This document shows, in pieces, positions 1 through 14,800 of a stretch of 64,000 nucleotides of DNA (within the stretch, counting starts at the first letter, position 1; each line of letters opens with the position of its first letter). A program made the position numbers and the translations under genes. The notes under the pieces were generated by a model. The model made no database searches. It saw only the letters and a program-made list of their open reading frames with translations, and was not told the origin of the DNA. Source of the DNA: Tubulanus polymorphus (lineage: Eukaryota; Animalia; Nemertea); assembly GCF_964204645.1 (NCBI RefSeq), contig NC_134026.1:22292150-22356149 (forward strand), written 5' to 3'.

Positions 1-215
1 CGGGTAATGTGTACATATCTTCAGAGAAGACTTGCAACTATTGTTGTTACAATATTTAATTTAGTAGTAGACTAGCGCTGGCTGCAATCCCCAGTGGTTC
101 GCATTACAGCATACACCACATTGGCAGAATTATCACATTACAAAATCTGTAGTATAATTCAGACTCTTTCCAATGCGGGTGCCACGGAAATTTCGTATTT
201 CGATTTTGAATTATA

Positions 216-627
216 AGCTGCGTTCACACTAGGATTTCAGTACGGTACTAAGCGTTCATACTAGGAAATTATTCGAGGCCTATTCGCGGCTTATTCAGTT
301 CCGCACTGAAATACGCGGCTTATTAAGCGCCGAAAACCCGGTCTCAGTACGGCATTGAGCTGGCTGCGTATTTTCTGTAGTGTGAACGCAGATTGGGCGC
401 TTAGCTAGCCGCGTATTCACATCCTTGTACATGTAGTACAAAACACTTAGCACTAATTACACTCCCCTCTATTGGCACACCGGGTGACTACTATACTGGG
501 CTTACTAAGTGCCGAATCGCGACTCGTAGTGTGAACGTAAATGGCTGTATAAGCGCCGTATTTTGGTGAATTCGGCACCAGCGAAGTACAGTACTTCGTA
601 AGCGCCGAATCTAGTGTGAACGCAGCT
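216..627. mobile_element. MITE family A (PIF/Harbinger-like non-autonomous DNA transposon)
   Basis: Perfect 17-bp TIRs AGCTGCGTTCACACTAG / CTAGTGTGAACGCAGCT; ATA on both flanks; internal repeats of the TIR core. Superfamily is inferred. Confidence 0.8.
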
Positions 628-3600
628 ATACTCAGTAGACCCAGAGACAAAATTTTCCCACGAAATTATAATCATCTCGTCGCGTCTTAATCTAAACAAA
701 TTCCTTGAATGAATTTATCGATTTAAAGATTCATCATTCACTCGGATCTTGCCGATATTCAATGAAAGACCGAATGGAACCCTTCAAATGCAATAAACTA
801 CACGCCTGCAATGGGCGAGCATGATTCAGAAATCTACACGATCAAGTGGAAAGGAATTTATGGCCGTCCCATGGCCCCTGGAAGATTTGATGGAGGTGAT
901 TTGCTTCATTGAGGTGGTTTATAGGTGATCGTCGAAGAATCTGGTATCACACACAGTTCAAGCGTGTGCAAGATGATGACTGGAACATCAATCATAGATT
1001 TGGAGGAGAGAAAATACTGGAATCCATGGCAACAGTTCCGCTAAGACTTTTTTTTTGAAGAGCAAAAATCCGTCACCGATAATCCCTGTCAAAAAGGTGA
1101 GCGGATCAGGCGATGAAAGATTTCCGGCTGCAGCGATGCAAGACGATTCCACAAAAATAAGGATGAATTTGAACGTTTTGCTATCGGATTCAGACTTGTT
1201 CAGCTGTTACTCATAAAACACGACAATAAGCAAATAACATATAAGCAGATGGTTTACATATGTTTCATCATTTAAAAAGCTGAAAGTCTGGTTGCAGCAT
1301 GAGTGAATAAGTGAATACTAGGCTACCACAAGATTTCTCAGTACAGTGGTAGCGGCATAAAATCTGAAGTAGAAAATATTGGTCTAGATCTATAGAAGAT
1401 GAAATTGGATTCATGAAATCTTTGACATACCTATCTCAGTCCCAGATAGAGTTAATCGCTGTCTATCCATATTCATTTATAACCGTGTTGAGTTAAACTA
1501 AATTCTCATATTATTCCATCAATAATCGTGAGAAAGATTTTCAACCATATACGCTGCATACACATTCGATAAATCCGACTGTGAAAAAAGTTGCATGGCT
1601 CGAAATTCAGCAATTTTTCCACCAGTGAAGTGGCGACAATGCGAAGAAACCCCGCATAGGTGACTAAATATTGGTCGTCGATGCTAATGAAATAACGACC
1701 CTAGCGCTGAGCCGATGAGGTGTTTCCTGTCTGGCATTTAGTCAGCCTAACTGATTGCATCCTGGGCTTCCATGGATTTGCATCACCTGAGCTGCCGTGA
1801 ATATTCAACGCTTTTACCCCCGTTGACACAAGAATTACTTCGCAACCTGTTGCCACAGCGTGAAGAGGATAAGAGACCGCGTTCCACGAATGAATATTGT
1901 TAATTCGTATGCATTACGAGTGCAGACACAGCCGATTTGCAGCGATAGTGACAACCGCTACCGCCACCCTAGTCATCGCCGATCTTCTGATCACATCAGC
2001 TCACAGCTCTTGCTTGCATCACTGCAAAGCTCGGTGACATCACAATGAGCCATATTTTATGGCAGTACCCAGGCACTCGTTCTCTGCTATACTCTATCTT
2101 CTTCCAGTTGAGATGTGAATGCTGTGTGTGTGTGTCTGTGTGTGAGGTGGGGGCAGTGCTGATGACATTACAGAAGCATGCCATGTGCTATGCTGAGGAA
2201 CGGAAGGCGATATCGACGCAAAAGCATTATGAAAAAAGATGCAAAGATACCGATACTTGCTATGCATAACTGGGGAAGTTTTAATCTTTTCTAAACGTTG
2301 TGGTACATCATGTTTAAGGAGATCATTCATTTAACAATTGATAAATCATGTTTGTCATATCGTTGAAACGTGTATTGTGATTAAGGAACTATACTATAAA
2401 GACTGTGATTAAAGGCCTTGTGGCAAAATGATTAATTAAGCCAGTTGTCTACTATCAACCCGGGTCCATTGGTGGTGGCAGAGTTTATTGCCAATATAGT
2501 TTTTTTTCTGGTCTGATAGACTACATTGGGGACATGAACCAGAGTAGCACTCAGTGTTTTGAGGGATAAAACAGCAAGACGACATGATCTGTGACGAAAG
2601 GGTCATGAGTTTATAGCAGTTGACAGTAACACAATGGCTGTTAGTCAGTTCCAGTGTAAGTTTTAATCTCAATTTCAACAATGAACTAATTTTGAACTTA
2701 GATGGCTAAAATCATGGAACTGAGATTCACAAACATTAAACAGCCCAATTTTTAACCCACCATTGCATACTGCTCATTTTAGACCATGTCATGCAAACTT
2801 CGCCAACTTTTCTTTTTAGACAAAGTTTATGCAACGTGCTTTCATAAGCGGGGTGGTTTGATATGTGCATTATTCTGGTGATGTGAATTGATCATGCTGT
2901 TTGTCCTACCAGCACCAGAGCCTTTACACATGCTACTGGATTGACTCTGATTGAACGTTACCATGGAAACTCAAAAGAAATGCATTTTCAGCCATATTTC
3001 GGTTGGCAAACTCCTTTCTGTCTCCCTGCTCAAACATAGTCACTTTTTTCTGATTCCGTGAAAAGGCAACGAAAGCATGAAGCACCGCAGTGTTGTCTTA
3101 ATTTGATTAGATTAATGCTAAGGTCTATAGCCCCGTCGTGAAAAATCTAACATTATTCATCATATGCCATCCAATCTCACCGCAAAGGGTAAGTGGTGAA
3201 AAAGCCAATACTCATAATTTGTCGGGATGAAGTTCTTAGCAAACGAACAGATTCATATCCACCATCAATCAATGAATGCATTAGATTTTGTGCGCTCGCT
3301 CCCTCGACAAACCAGACATGTTTGCCGACTACATGCATGCAAAAATATAGCCGACGGTCATCATCAGGACTGACAATTATTCTCAGTTATACACTAATTT
3401 GCGGGAATCTTGAAATAATGAACACAAAGATTTCTTTCGGTTAAAGGGATTCCTACAGTGTCGTTTGAAAGGCTATCAGCTCCTTCTGGTACATGGAGCT
3501 CACAGAAATTGTGCGCTCATGGTGTAGTTTGGGTACAAACACCACTTTGTTTGGGCCAAAGTTGTTACAGCGCATGGGCTCTGTGACTGCACTCTCACTG

Positions 3601-5215
3601 ATGTAAACTCTGCATTCATATTTTCATTGCATTCATATTTTCATTTCATTGCTGTCTTTAAGTTACACTTAAAAAAGAAACGTTTATAGTTTCTCTGGCT
3701 AAAGACTCATGAAGTTTTGGGCCTAGTTTCTTCTGAGAAGATCATTCACTGATCCGCTGCCATATCTGACCATTCTTCTAGTAGCAACGCAGATTCTGGG
3801 ATAGTAAATTTTTTTGCAAATTATCAATAACATTCTATCACAAGCAGCGTAAACATCTGGCTGATTTACGCAAGACTTTTGATAACATCTCCATGCGCAT
3901 CATCTTTAAAGCTTCGTAAGAAGATTTGTGTGGATGTCACCAATAGATGTTACGAGCATTCGCTGCATTCAGTCGATTCAAAATCGATAATATGAAAACT
4001 AATCAGGAAAGTTCGCGACAAAAAAAAAAGAGATTATAACTCTTCAACGCACAGAGCGCATTATGACTGTAGTCAAAAAATTTCAAAAGCTAGTAAAAAG
4101 ATAATTTCATCAGATATTTAAAACTTGGTTGGCTTATCCACTAAAAGATCTAGTGTATACGTATATGTATATTTAGATGTATAAATACATGTATATGTAT
4201 ATGTATTGATCCATAGCTGATCCGAAGGAAACTGTGGATGACACTTTTTAGGTTGAAGAATGAAATTTACCTTCAGGACAAATACCGCAGTATCGTGAGA
4301 TTTCACCCAGGTATAAAGGTATGAGGAAGAAAAGCAATATTCCTCTCATAGTTTGTTGGATGATAACTGCCTGTATAATCTTGAGACAATCATAATGATT
4401 TCCCAGTAACTAGAAACTACAGGATATTCCGATGATAGATAGACACCTCATCAAAAATAATAGTCAGCAGGTAACAAGAAAACAAATGATTATCTTCATA
4501 CATTGATTAACTTGTTAGTCCCACGGTGGTTATCATGTCCACGTATAGCTCATCACACTCCCCACTGGTGAATGATAATATCTCAATCAACTGGTTTTTC
4601 CATGCATAATAATCTGGCCTATGAAAAACTTAAGTCTACCAATGCTACTCATAGATAAACATGAAAGAGAACAACTGCAGTGTAAGTTTTTACTCCACGT
4701 TGCCGTGAATACCAGTTTCGGCTGCCGTTATTCGAGACTGATAGTCCATTACGACGATGTTATCGAGACGCGTGGACTTTGCAAATAACGTCGGGTGCCG
4801 GGTCGATTTATTTCATCATCACGAGCCCGAAATAATTACGCGGCCTGAATCCGAAGAAGAAACAGTAGACGGATTAGGGCTATTAGGCGTTACGACCTGT
4901 TTTGATTAACCGGACGACACTGTGCTCCGATGATTAACCGGTACTTATTACGGTCGTAATCATATTCGCCGGCGGTGCACACGAGGCCAGACGTCGACAT
5001 AATTAAGAATATATGTGTTTATTTCGTTCTCGTGGTGACGGAGGTAGATTATGATGTGGGGCAGTGCGATTTGTTCTGTACATATTCGCGTCACATAAAC
5101 CATTAATGTTTGAAGAATCGCGAAGCTACGGATAACAAGATATAATCATAGCCAAGGATTTCTACTGGTAAAATGGTAATGCTGCCTAATAGCTACAAAT
5201 ACAAGCATAATATAA

Positions 5216-5317
<102 letters not shown>

Positions 5318-5788
5318 ATATTCATGTATCACTTTTATAGAAGCATGCAGGTCTGCAGGTTTTATAGAAGTATCCAGGGTCTGATTCAGATTTCAGGGAA
5401 AGGTGCACCCACAAAATAGGGAATATCATATATGATTAAAAGGGCGTCAGATCAATGGAAAACAATACCTTATTTATGGAAGTACAGAGAACATGCTCAT
5501 GAATTTGAACTTTTTAAGTATCGGGTGATTTTTTATGGTTAATATTATTCATTTTCCCCGTAAAACTTCAGGGCAACGTGACATTCATGGATCCACCCCG
5601 GATGGACCCGGATTACCATTAGTCAAGCAATTATGAATGAGCTGATCTTAACTCTAGTCAAAATTAAAACTGGCTTTGGAAGTTAAAATTTTACCTACAG
5701 GACTCAGTTCGACAGGTGGGAGATTTTGATGACGTAAAGTTTAATTACGGTTAGTTAAAATGAACTACCAATTCTACAATAAACTTAC

Positions 5789-5873
5789 TTCGAGTATAAC
5801 CAAATTCATCTTCTTCTTCTGTTTCAGATTCAGATTCATCCGGTTGACTTGATCCCGTTGTGGCATTCGAATC
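5789..5873 (-). CDS. MPDZ: Exon before PDZ8: [28 protein letters not shown]
   Basis: ttttgtattacag acceptor, gtaagt donor, 85 nt, phase 0-1; EDEFGY motif known from the MPDZ/PATJ PDZ7-8 linker. Confidence 0.92.
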
Positions 5874-8800
5874 CTGTAATACAAAACAATGCAATACGTA
5901 TTGAATTATCTAGGGTTCATAGATATTACATCTTCGGTGTCTAATGTTTCATGTCATTTGAGCGATTACCATGCATGTGCCAAGGAGAGTTTTGAGTGTA
6001 CAAACAAACCTTCTTCCTTGGTAATGCTTAAGTAAAATATCCTGAAAAAGGACCAGCATTTGAAAAACCTCAGCACATGCTTGGTAACGCTTGTTTATAC
6101 CCAGTCATCTTGATGAATAACGAGTAGTCAGTACATTTATCCACCAGGTCTAGTCATCGAAATTCACGTGCAAGATAGAATTGGATCAAAGTGGTTTTTC
6201 ATTGACTGGCTACACGTGAAAGAACATGCATACATAATAATATAATCTCTCTGAGATTCACGCAGAATATCAGATAATCAAGAATCTGGTTTGACATTAA
6301 ACTCATAGGTGTCACCATCGGCTTGTAGCAATCGCGATGATTTCTATTCATACTGGTATGCCACAGAGATCTGTATATAAGTTATAAATTCTAATTCTGG
6401 GGGTACATTCTGTATGTTAGTAACACCTACTAGTGGTGACTATTTGGTCGGAGATATATAACTCCTTCCTTTTGGAGAGGTAAGGGTGTGTACTGTACAG
6501 AACTACAAAAAGTGATTTCATTTTTTTCAGTTGGAATATGGTACATTCAAACAAGTGATGGTGAGGACTACTCCATGCGGTCTAGGATATTACTTGTGCA
6601 TACAGCGGGCACTACGAGCCCGGGGGCTCTCTACCCTCTCTCACCTGCTGCGTAATTTTACAATGATTTGCGAGAGGTTTCGCTTTGCAAAGTTTTTTCT
6701 TTACAATTGTCGTCGTAAGATCATCGCTCTCTTCGTCAGAGCTCACATACGACACTTCATCTGGTGGCTGCTAATAGAGTAAATGATGGAAAATTCGCTG
6801 TACTGTAAACGTAAATGTTTAGCGCGGTTCAGAGTAAACAGTAGCGAGTCTTCCATGAGCAACAAGTGTGCTGCTAAAATTGAAATTGAAAAGTAATGCT
6901 TCTTTTGATACATTTGTAACATTGGGGTATTTCTAAAATTAGCCTTTGAGAATATTTCACATAATAGTTAGTATAATAACTAATAACCATATCAAACTCG
7001 TTTTAAGAGCTTTATGAAACTGGAATTTTGAGTCAAGACATTTTTCAACTGTTAATAAACCAAATACAAAATGAATTCTTGCACATGTTTCGGAAAAGTG
7101 CTTGTTGTTTTCAGTGAAATGAATCTACTTTTTACTCTACTCCGATTGAAAATAGAAAAAAATTCTTATCGTTCAAACGATAATCATTTTAAGACTTACG
7201 CATGGCCGGTCCAGTAAACTCTGCACGAGAAAGCTCACTGGATTTGACGCATTCCTGATGATTTCAACTGCTTCGTCGTGAGTCGAGTCTCGTACGTTGT
7301 GGGAATCAACCTAGAAAAAACATGTGATTATACAGTTCATACAGTCGTCGGCCTTCATCAATATTTCATGGCAGCAGTTTTCCTGTAAATTATGGCGAAG
7401 TCTGCCGGGAAATACGATAGAACCAACCTCTAGAATTCTATCACCGGTTTTCAAGGTGCCATTTCGCCCGGCTGGGCTGTTTTGTATTACTTGCTTGATA
7501 AATATACCACTGATTGCCGTTTCTTTGGAATTACATAAATCTACCTTACCACCTAGAAACAGAACGAGTTAACATTCAATCATATTTCTACTAAGCATAG
7601 ACCTGTTAACGGTTGTTTTAGAGCCAGGTCCAATTCTTGATAAGAATGAGAAATTTAGGTTAGATCACAGAAAATGAAGATTCACCGAACATATGTCCAA
7701 ATTGACTGACAATGACTCTCAATGATAGTTGGTGGTTTTATAGAAGCCAAGCCATGTTAACCTCGGGAGACCACGCGAAAAGTCGAATTAAGATTATTCA
7801 ACTCACCTACTATACTAATTCCTAAACTCTGACCTGCTTCACGTTCTAACTCTATCAGTCGTGGAGGCCCCCAACTTTCGGCGCGGATAGCCGCCGCTGG
7901 TTTATCCAATGAGAGTGATCTTTCGCGAGGCACGTGTTTTACGTTTTGCATTGTTGGGGTAGTTATTTTATATTTCTCTTCGACACCCTGAATGTTATTT
8001 GCATACATTACTGTACTTTCCGTTTTATGCAAGTCGTCAGTTTCATTTTGAGCAATAACAGTTATTGGTAAATCGTTCACTATATTTGCTTGATTATTAT
8101 TTTCATTGATATCCGGGTCCGTACTGGACTCCTTAGTTCGGCTATCCTCTCCGACCTCTTCCTCCTCTGTACTGTTATTTAACGTTAAAAATACGCTAGT
8201 TTTCTGTTGAATCTGCGGTGAAGTTAGGCCGTGCTCTTCATCTGAAGATTCTGTACCGGAGTGCTTCACGAATTGACTTGGATGGATGAGCTTGGAACTG
8301 AAAAACGAAATGATAGTATTCTCATTTTTAAGTCAAACTTTCAACTTGCAGAGACTTTGAAATAGTCTTAAATTTTGTATTACTATGGATAGTCCTATTT
8401 TTCCACTGAACCAGACATGGGCTGGCTAATGCAGAGACTACCATCACCAGATAATCTACTCCAGAGCACCATTTATTCGACTATTGGTTAAATGAGTTAA
8501 CAGACGGTTTAAGTCAAATCTGTTCCATAAACTGGGTCCATACACCATACATATGAGACTAAGCGAACTCAAACCAGAAATGATAAATTTTCTTGTTTCA
8601 CGTGATAAAGAATCTCGAAATGTGTAATCATTGAAAACTTGTTAGAGTCAGGTTGAAACAAAAGCTGCGATCACACGGAAACGATTTGGCCTGCGCTAAA
8701 TTGGCATGGATCAGGCCCGAGTCAAATTTAGACCATGCCTAATTGAAGAGTAAAGTGAATTATTTTGGAAACCAGTTGCAATTCGCACGCAATAATTTGA

Positions 8801-11800
8801 CCCGTGCTAGAATTTGGCTCTGGGCCTGGTCCAATGTTTCCGGTGGGGCGAAAAGGGCCCACTTGGCACTCGTATGAAATTTGGCATAATGGGCCAAAAA
8901 TCTTATGTGATCGCAGTTAAAAAATAGTATTAATTGAATGTATATTTGCAGTTCTTTGCCTTTGCGACTAACAGAACCTCTTCTGGAATACGTGTCTTCC
9001 CTTGACATGCTTAGATCTAATTAAACCGAGCGATAAATCTTTATCGATGCACTAAAGGACCGGTGAATTTCCCAGTTCTGTCATTAAAAGTGATGTATCA
9101 TACATATACATAGCTAATGCTTCATATCACCTGTAAATATTATCACAAGAGTGGTTGCATAAACATACCGAATAAAACAGCCGTCAACGAGCACAAATAT
9201 AATTCATATTTCAGTTGAAATCCTAATGACTTTTAGATAATACCGATATGAAACCAAATGTTACATATGCATTCATATCTCATACATTTTTCATATTTCG
9301 ATGTGCTTCCTTATTATCCTATGCAGGAATTTGTGTAGTGTGATCCTTAGATCTATGTTATCTGCTTTGACAATCCCCGCAACAACTGTGCTACCTGGCA
9401 AGCAAGGATCCACCAGGGTTCGGTAGAAGTTGTTCAGTTTAGTTCAATAACGATTTAGAACTTTTCGAACCGATATCGATTTGCGATAATTGAAATACTC
9501 CGTGATTGATTTTAGTGTCCCAAATCTAGTACATCTCAACGAGTACATTGGAAACGCCATGTTCATATTATCGACAAAGCGTACACATTATTGAGATATC
9601 TCCGATAATTTCCAAACACTGTGTATGGATTAATCAATTCAGGATCAACTGTATCTCCATCAGCAGATATTATAATTCTTTGAACTGGAGATGACCGTTC
9701 TCGGCACCAGAGAAAATCTCTGAGCGCAAAGTTTGAAAAATTTGATTTTGCATATGAGAGCAAATTCAAAGTTGACAATTTCAAACTATATCTTTTTTTA
9801 GTGAAAATGGTTCTGAAAAGAGTGATAGGGTTGACTAATTTAACAGTTGTGAGATTAATTTGAGTCACTCAGTCTGCTGTTCAGAGGAATAGACATTGGG
9901 ACAAACTCGTCCAAAATCGAAACGTTTAATCAATGAATTCATCGGTTGGAAATGAAGCAAATGTTCAGCCTACGAGACTTTAGACTTAGAGATCAACTCA
10001 ATACAACAATCAATAATGCTCTCCACTCAATTGCATTAAGATGTATGTAGTTTAAGATGAACATTGCAGACAATCACAGTTTATGCAATTATTTCAGTCT
10101 ATACAGTGTGTCCCAGCGCTGTAATTATCGCAATCAATTTTGTCGATTATCTATCTCAGAACTCATCACAGCTGCTGACACGATCACGCCTCACAATATA
10201 GAGGTGAATCTAAGAAGTACCTAATCCTTCGAAGGTTAACAAGCCTATATAACCTGTGCTAATGACTGGATTGTTGATACCTTTCTCTAAAAACGAGTGA
10301 ATCTTTTGGTCATTGAGAAGCATATTGTCAGTTCAACTGCTTACTATTTTCAACTTTCTTTCAACAATATTTAGGATAAGGTATAATGAAGACGACAGAG
10401 TAAACAGCATACTTCACCAAAATGTCTCTCCCTTCGCCTCTACCGCAACACACACTTAAAATTACAGCCCTGTTAATAGGATACAAAATATCTAGAAAGT
10501 CAAGATTTGGGATATTTTCTGATTTAACTGAACACTTTCGACTCACCAAAAATCTCTTGCTAACACTTGTAACATCTCCCTATGCGACAGTACAATTGTA
10601 GCGGGGATAAAAGCTACCAACTGACCGCTACACAATGATGTCTTAAAATACTCAAGAGTTCTTAAAATACTCGATGACCTATCAATCAAAGAAGCTCATT
10701 TTTGTTGCAAGAAATATTCACCATACTAACAGCGATATCGCGATGAAAATTCGATCGTACCAGGAAAGGATTATTTCGATTGCTGACTACATATTTGTGG
10801 GTTTATTTGCGGCTGTTGTGGTGTGACAATGCAGGGTGAGCTATACGCGATGTTAGTTCAGCGAAAATAATACGAGAAGAAACCTAATTGGTCGTGTTTT
10901 TAGTCCTGACATTTGCAAATGCCACTCCCGCATCGCTTTCATTCATTTCACTACTAGAAACGCACACAGACACGTTCACGTCCTAGTGATCCTATTATTC
11001 CACGAAACCCTAAAAACCGAAACGCCGGGGTCTATTTTCACGGTAAAACTACAGATTTCTCAAACGATAAATAACGCTCGGGTTCCGCGAATTAATCAAC
11101 GAGCCTTTCTTAGCAGCGATACGACTGGAAATGATTTCAACAAATTATCAACGACGTCTCTCTCATCATTCAAGGCTGCGAGCTTGGTTCATAGTCACTT
11201 CTTTGAAAATACGAAATAAAACCAAAAAATGCTCAGTTCAGTTCAGATGGCAAGACAGAATTTGATTTTAGAATTACGGTAATTAGGAAAATCATAATTA
11301 TGACAAAGCTGAAACTAGCGAAATGTTCTCCCTTACTAGGGATAGAATAAGGTGGTAAAATTTTTTGTTCTCTGCAAAATCCTCAATATTTCAAATACAC
11401 TCAATTTTGATAGGCAACTAACTCAACAAGTCCTTACTTAACCCCTTCAGTGATGATTATTCAATACCCGAAAATGCTGGCGATTTTTGGTTAGTAGCCA
11501 TAGTTTGACTTTGCGCCTAGCCCATCTTAAAGACGGGTGTTAAAAATTCCACCCCAGTGTGTTGTATAACAGGCACACTGCTATAGTGAGTTTACACCAT
11601 GGTGCGGAGTATCGTTACTCATATTTCAATAGGGATAAAAACTAATCATAAATAACATGAATACATGGCAATGTGGTATACTAGCAAAGTCCATCACTGA
11701 TTCATACACCGCACTGCAGTGTAGATGTACTGAGAGGGTTAAATGAATGAATACAGCAGAGCTTCAGTGAGGTTTAAGGCATATTAAGGTATCCAAAATT

Positions 11801-14800
11801 AATTTCATATTCTGAAAGTATAGACCTAAACTAATAATGGTACAAAACCAACTCAATTATCGAAGTTATTGTATAATCCGATGGGTTGTGAAATTGTAAT
11901 TGGAGGCTGCTATATTATCACTGGTAGCAACTTAATCTGCTCCTTTGTAGTGATAATCAAAGTAAACAATTTTGGTACAAAAGCCTCGAGGCAGCCGAGA
12001 GCATGCAAGAAATGGATTTCAAGACACGTATAGCTGTTGGACAGTGAATTCGTATCACGCCGACAAGCTGTGATAATAATCAAGCAATGAAATGTTACTG
12101 CAGGGAACCACAGCAAAACTCATGATACTTGCGCAAGACTTTTAGTGCACCAATAGCTTCCGGACAAAATTTCTCGAATCCTCCTCGGTGATATCAAATT
12201 ACTTGAATCGATAATCATGCCGAGACATCATGATGAAATCTGACGCCGGTTTTCCTAAAAGGCTGATGAAATATCTATGAGAAAACTTAGTATTGGAATG
12301 CTCGCAGTAATCAATTTTCCTGTCTTGGGGGAATATCATTTCAATTGGATCATACATTTGAAATTGACTCAATTCTACACTTAAGCCCTTGAAATATGTT
12401 TTCAACCTAAGCCATGTTAAATATCCCACAATAATTCAGCCAAAGATTACCAGTAAACTACCAGTGCGTCTGATGATGGCAATAGGCTTTAGCTGAAACG
12501 TTGTTCAAATGTTGCTCCTGGAGCTAGTTGCTCAGTGGATAGTTGACACGGTGGAAATTGAAAATTTTTCTTTTTGCTCCACTCGATTTTATGTGTTCTT
12601 CTGAAGAACGTCAAAGAATAAAGATGGCGGATTTCCGCCTCGGATTGCATAGTGCACTTCCGGGGGCGGTGTAGGAAAAATCATTGGCGATCAATAAAAA
12701 TTCAGAGAAAATTGGCAAAAACAATAGGAAAAACTTCAGTGTTACCATGGTATTTAACCAATGGCCCACTTAAACCAACTTTCATGCAACTGAATCAAAA
12801 TATCAAAATCCAACAGTTGAAAATGATTCAGGCAGAGCGCAATTAATCAGTCTCCTGATGAATGGCAAAAAGGCCACTTGGATAAAACGAGTCTGCTCAT
12901 CCTAGTGGAAGACCCAGTATCTCGGTAAGCTATCTACCTGAGAGTATGTGGATCGTAGAAACTAAAGCTAATATACCTAACTTATATAGACATACTTGAC
13001 AAAGCTAACCACTTGAAGATAATATCTACTGAGCATTCGCTACATTTCAATCAAGAAGCCAGACCAGTCTCATTAATCTGAAACTGAATGATCACAGGGT
13101 TTCACTCACTGAATACTGTGGCTGTCAGTCATGATCGACAATCGATTTTGAGAATCCAGACTAGTTTAGCCGCAGAGTGAAACACAATTACGCATACGGA
13201 ACCAAAGAACGTAACTGCAACTGGCTTGAGTGAAATCATAACCTTCTCAGAGATAGGATTTCGAGCTGAGCTTAATATTCTAATGTAAATTCTGCATAAA
13301 AAATTCAAGAAAAGTGTAATTGACGATCACAATACCTTACTGTCACATATGTATTGAAAATGAGAATGGAAAATGTAAATGATCTAAGTGTACTAAATGC
13401 ACAATAACATATCCCAGCAACAGCCAGTCTTATTTCAAAGCGTACTTACAACCACGTCTGCTATATCTGATGTAAACATACCTTACTGATAACTGATGTC
13501 GATATTCCAGCGGTTAAAGCTAATATCAGATAGAGTTAAATTCCTAAATAAGAAAAATCTATATATTTCCACTAGATAGCTTCGGTCGGGGTAAATGTAG
13601 GTAAATTAGGCGTCATCTGTGTACAGTAACGACAACGACGACGCAACGGCAATGTATCTCCACTGCTGAGAACGATTTTCAGCGAGTACTGTATGTACAC
13701 ACCAACGCTCCATCAGTGCAGAGTTAAAGTCAATTGTTCACGCGTGGGGCTTTATTGGATTGAATGCGACCTTGCGCAAGTACAAACATGGCATTCGCCA
13801 TTGACTTCCCTCTCGCGTCTCTATCTCTCGCGTCTCTATCTCTCCCTCGGAACGAATATTACAAATTTCATTCCAACGTTTATTCAATATATAGGAACGA
13901 ACGCAACTGAAACATATGTCACCATAGCATATGTATGAATCGCCCATTACAATGGCTGATCAGAACCGCCGGCAAAATACCACGATAAGATCAACTAAAA
14001 TACATTGATTATGGTTTGATCATTCGGTAAAGCTGATTTTAAAAATGAACATAGAAAAGAAATTGGTTTGAACGAGGACCGGTTTCAACGATAAGTGCCA
14101 AGAAATCCTGTAAGATACCCTAGAACTCCGAGAATCATTCTTTTAGCAGTACCTTGATACCATAGATGCTGTAGATTATTGTAAATTGATAACAGAAAAT
14201 CTGCAGCAGATGTAATATACTTTACACAGAGTCCCATTTGAAAATTACAGTCTGTAATCTGTCCATCGTAATCCTTCGGCCTTTGATACAAGCGCTTAAC
14301 GAGATGCTAGCCTTCCCACGAAATTACAGCAATTTGAAATCGGATACCTACTTAAATAATAGCCGCGATCACTCGGTGATGATTTGGCCCGGATCAGGCA
14401 CGGGCCAAATTTGGCCCGTGCCCAATTAGAGAGCGCGTTCACACGCAAACCATTCTCTCGATACTAAACAATGCTCAAACAAAGCGAAGTGGATCATTTC
14501 CGGTGCCAGTTGCGATTCAAATGCAATCATTTGTCTGGTGCTAAACTTTGGCTCGGGCCTGGTCCGATGTTTTAGGTCCGACGTTTTAGGTTGGGCCAAA
14601 TTTGGCCCGGGACAAACAGGCTCGGGCCCATTTGGCACCCGTGTGAACAGTTGTTCCGGACCAAATTTGGCCCAGGCCAAAAATGCTCGTGTGATCGCGG
14701 CTTATGATTGATAACTTTCCTTCGTGAAAAAACTCAATAATTTTATGGATAAAGTTCCTTTATCAACAATCTCATATGAAATCTAGACATCTTGGCAGGA

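Noticed and set aside
216-627. Repeated tagtgtgaacg units resembling a CRISPR array
   Set aside because: Irregular spacing, mixed orientation, enclosed by TIRs, eukaryotic context and no cas genes.
13450-13519. Cluster of donor-like sites (gtaagt, gtatgt, gtaagg) with nearby acceptors
   Set aside because: Several mutually incompatible readings; cannot choose one without transcript data.
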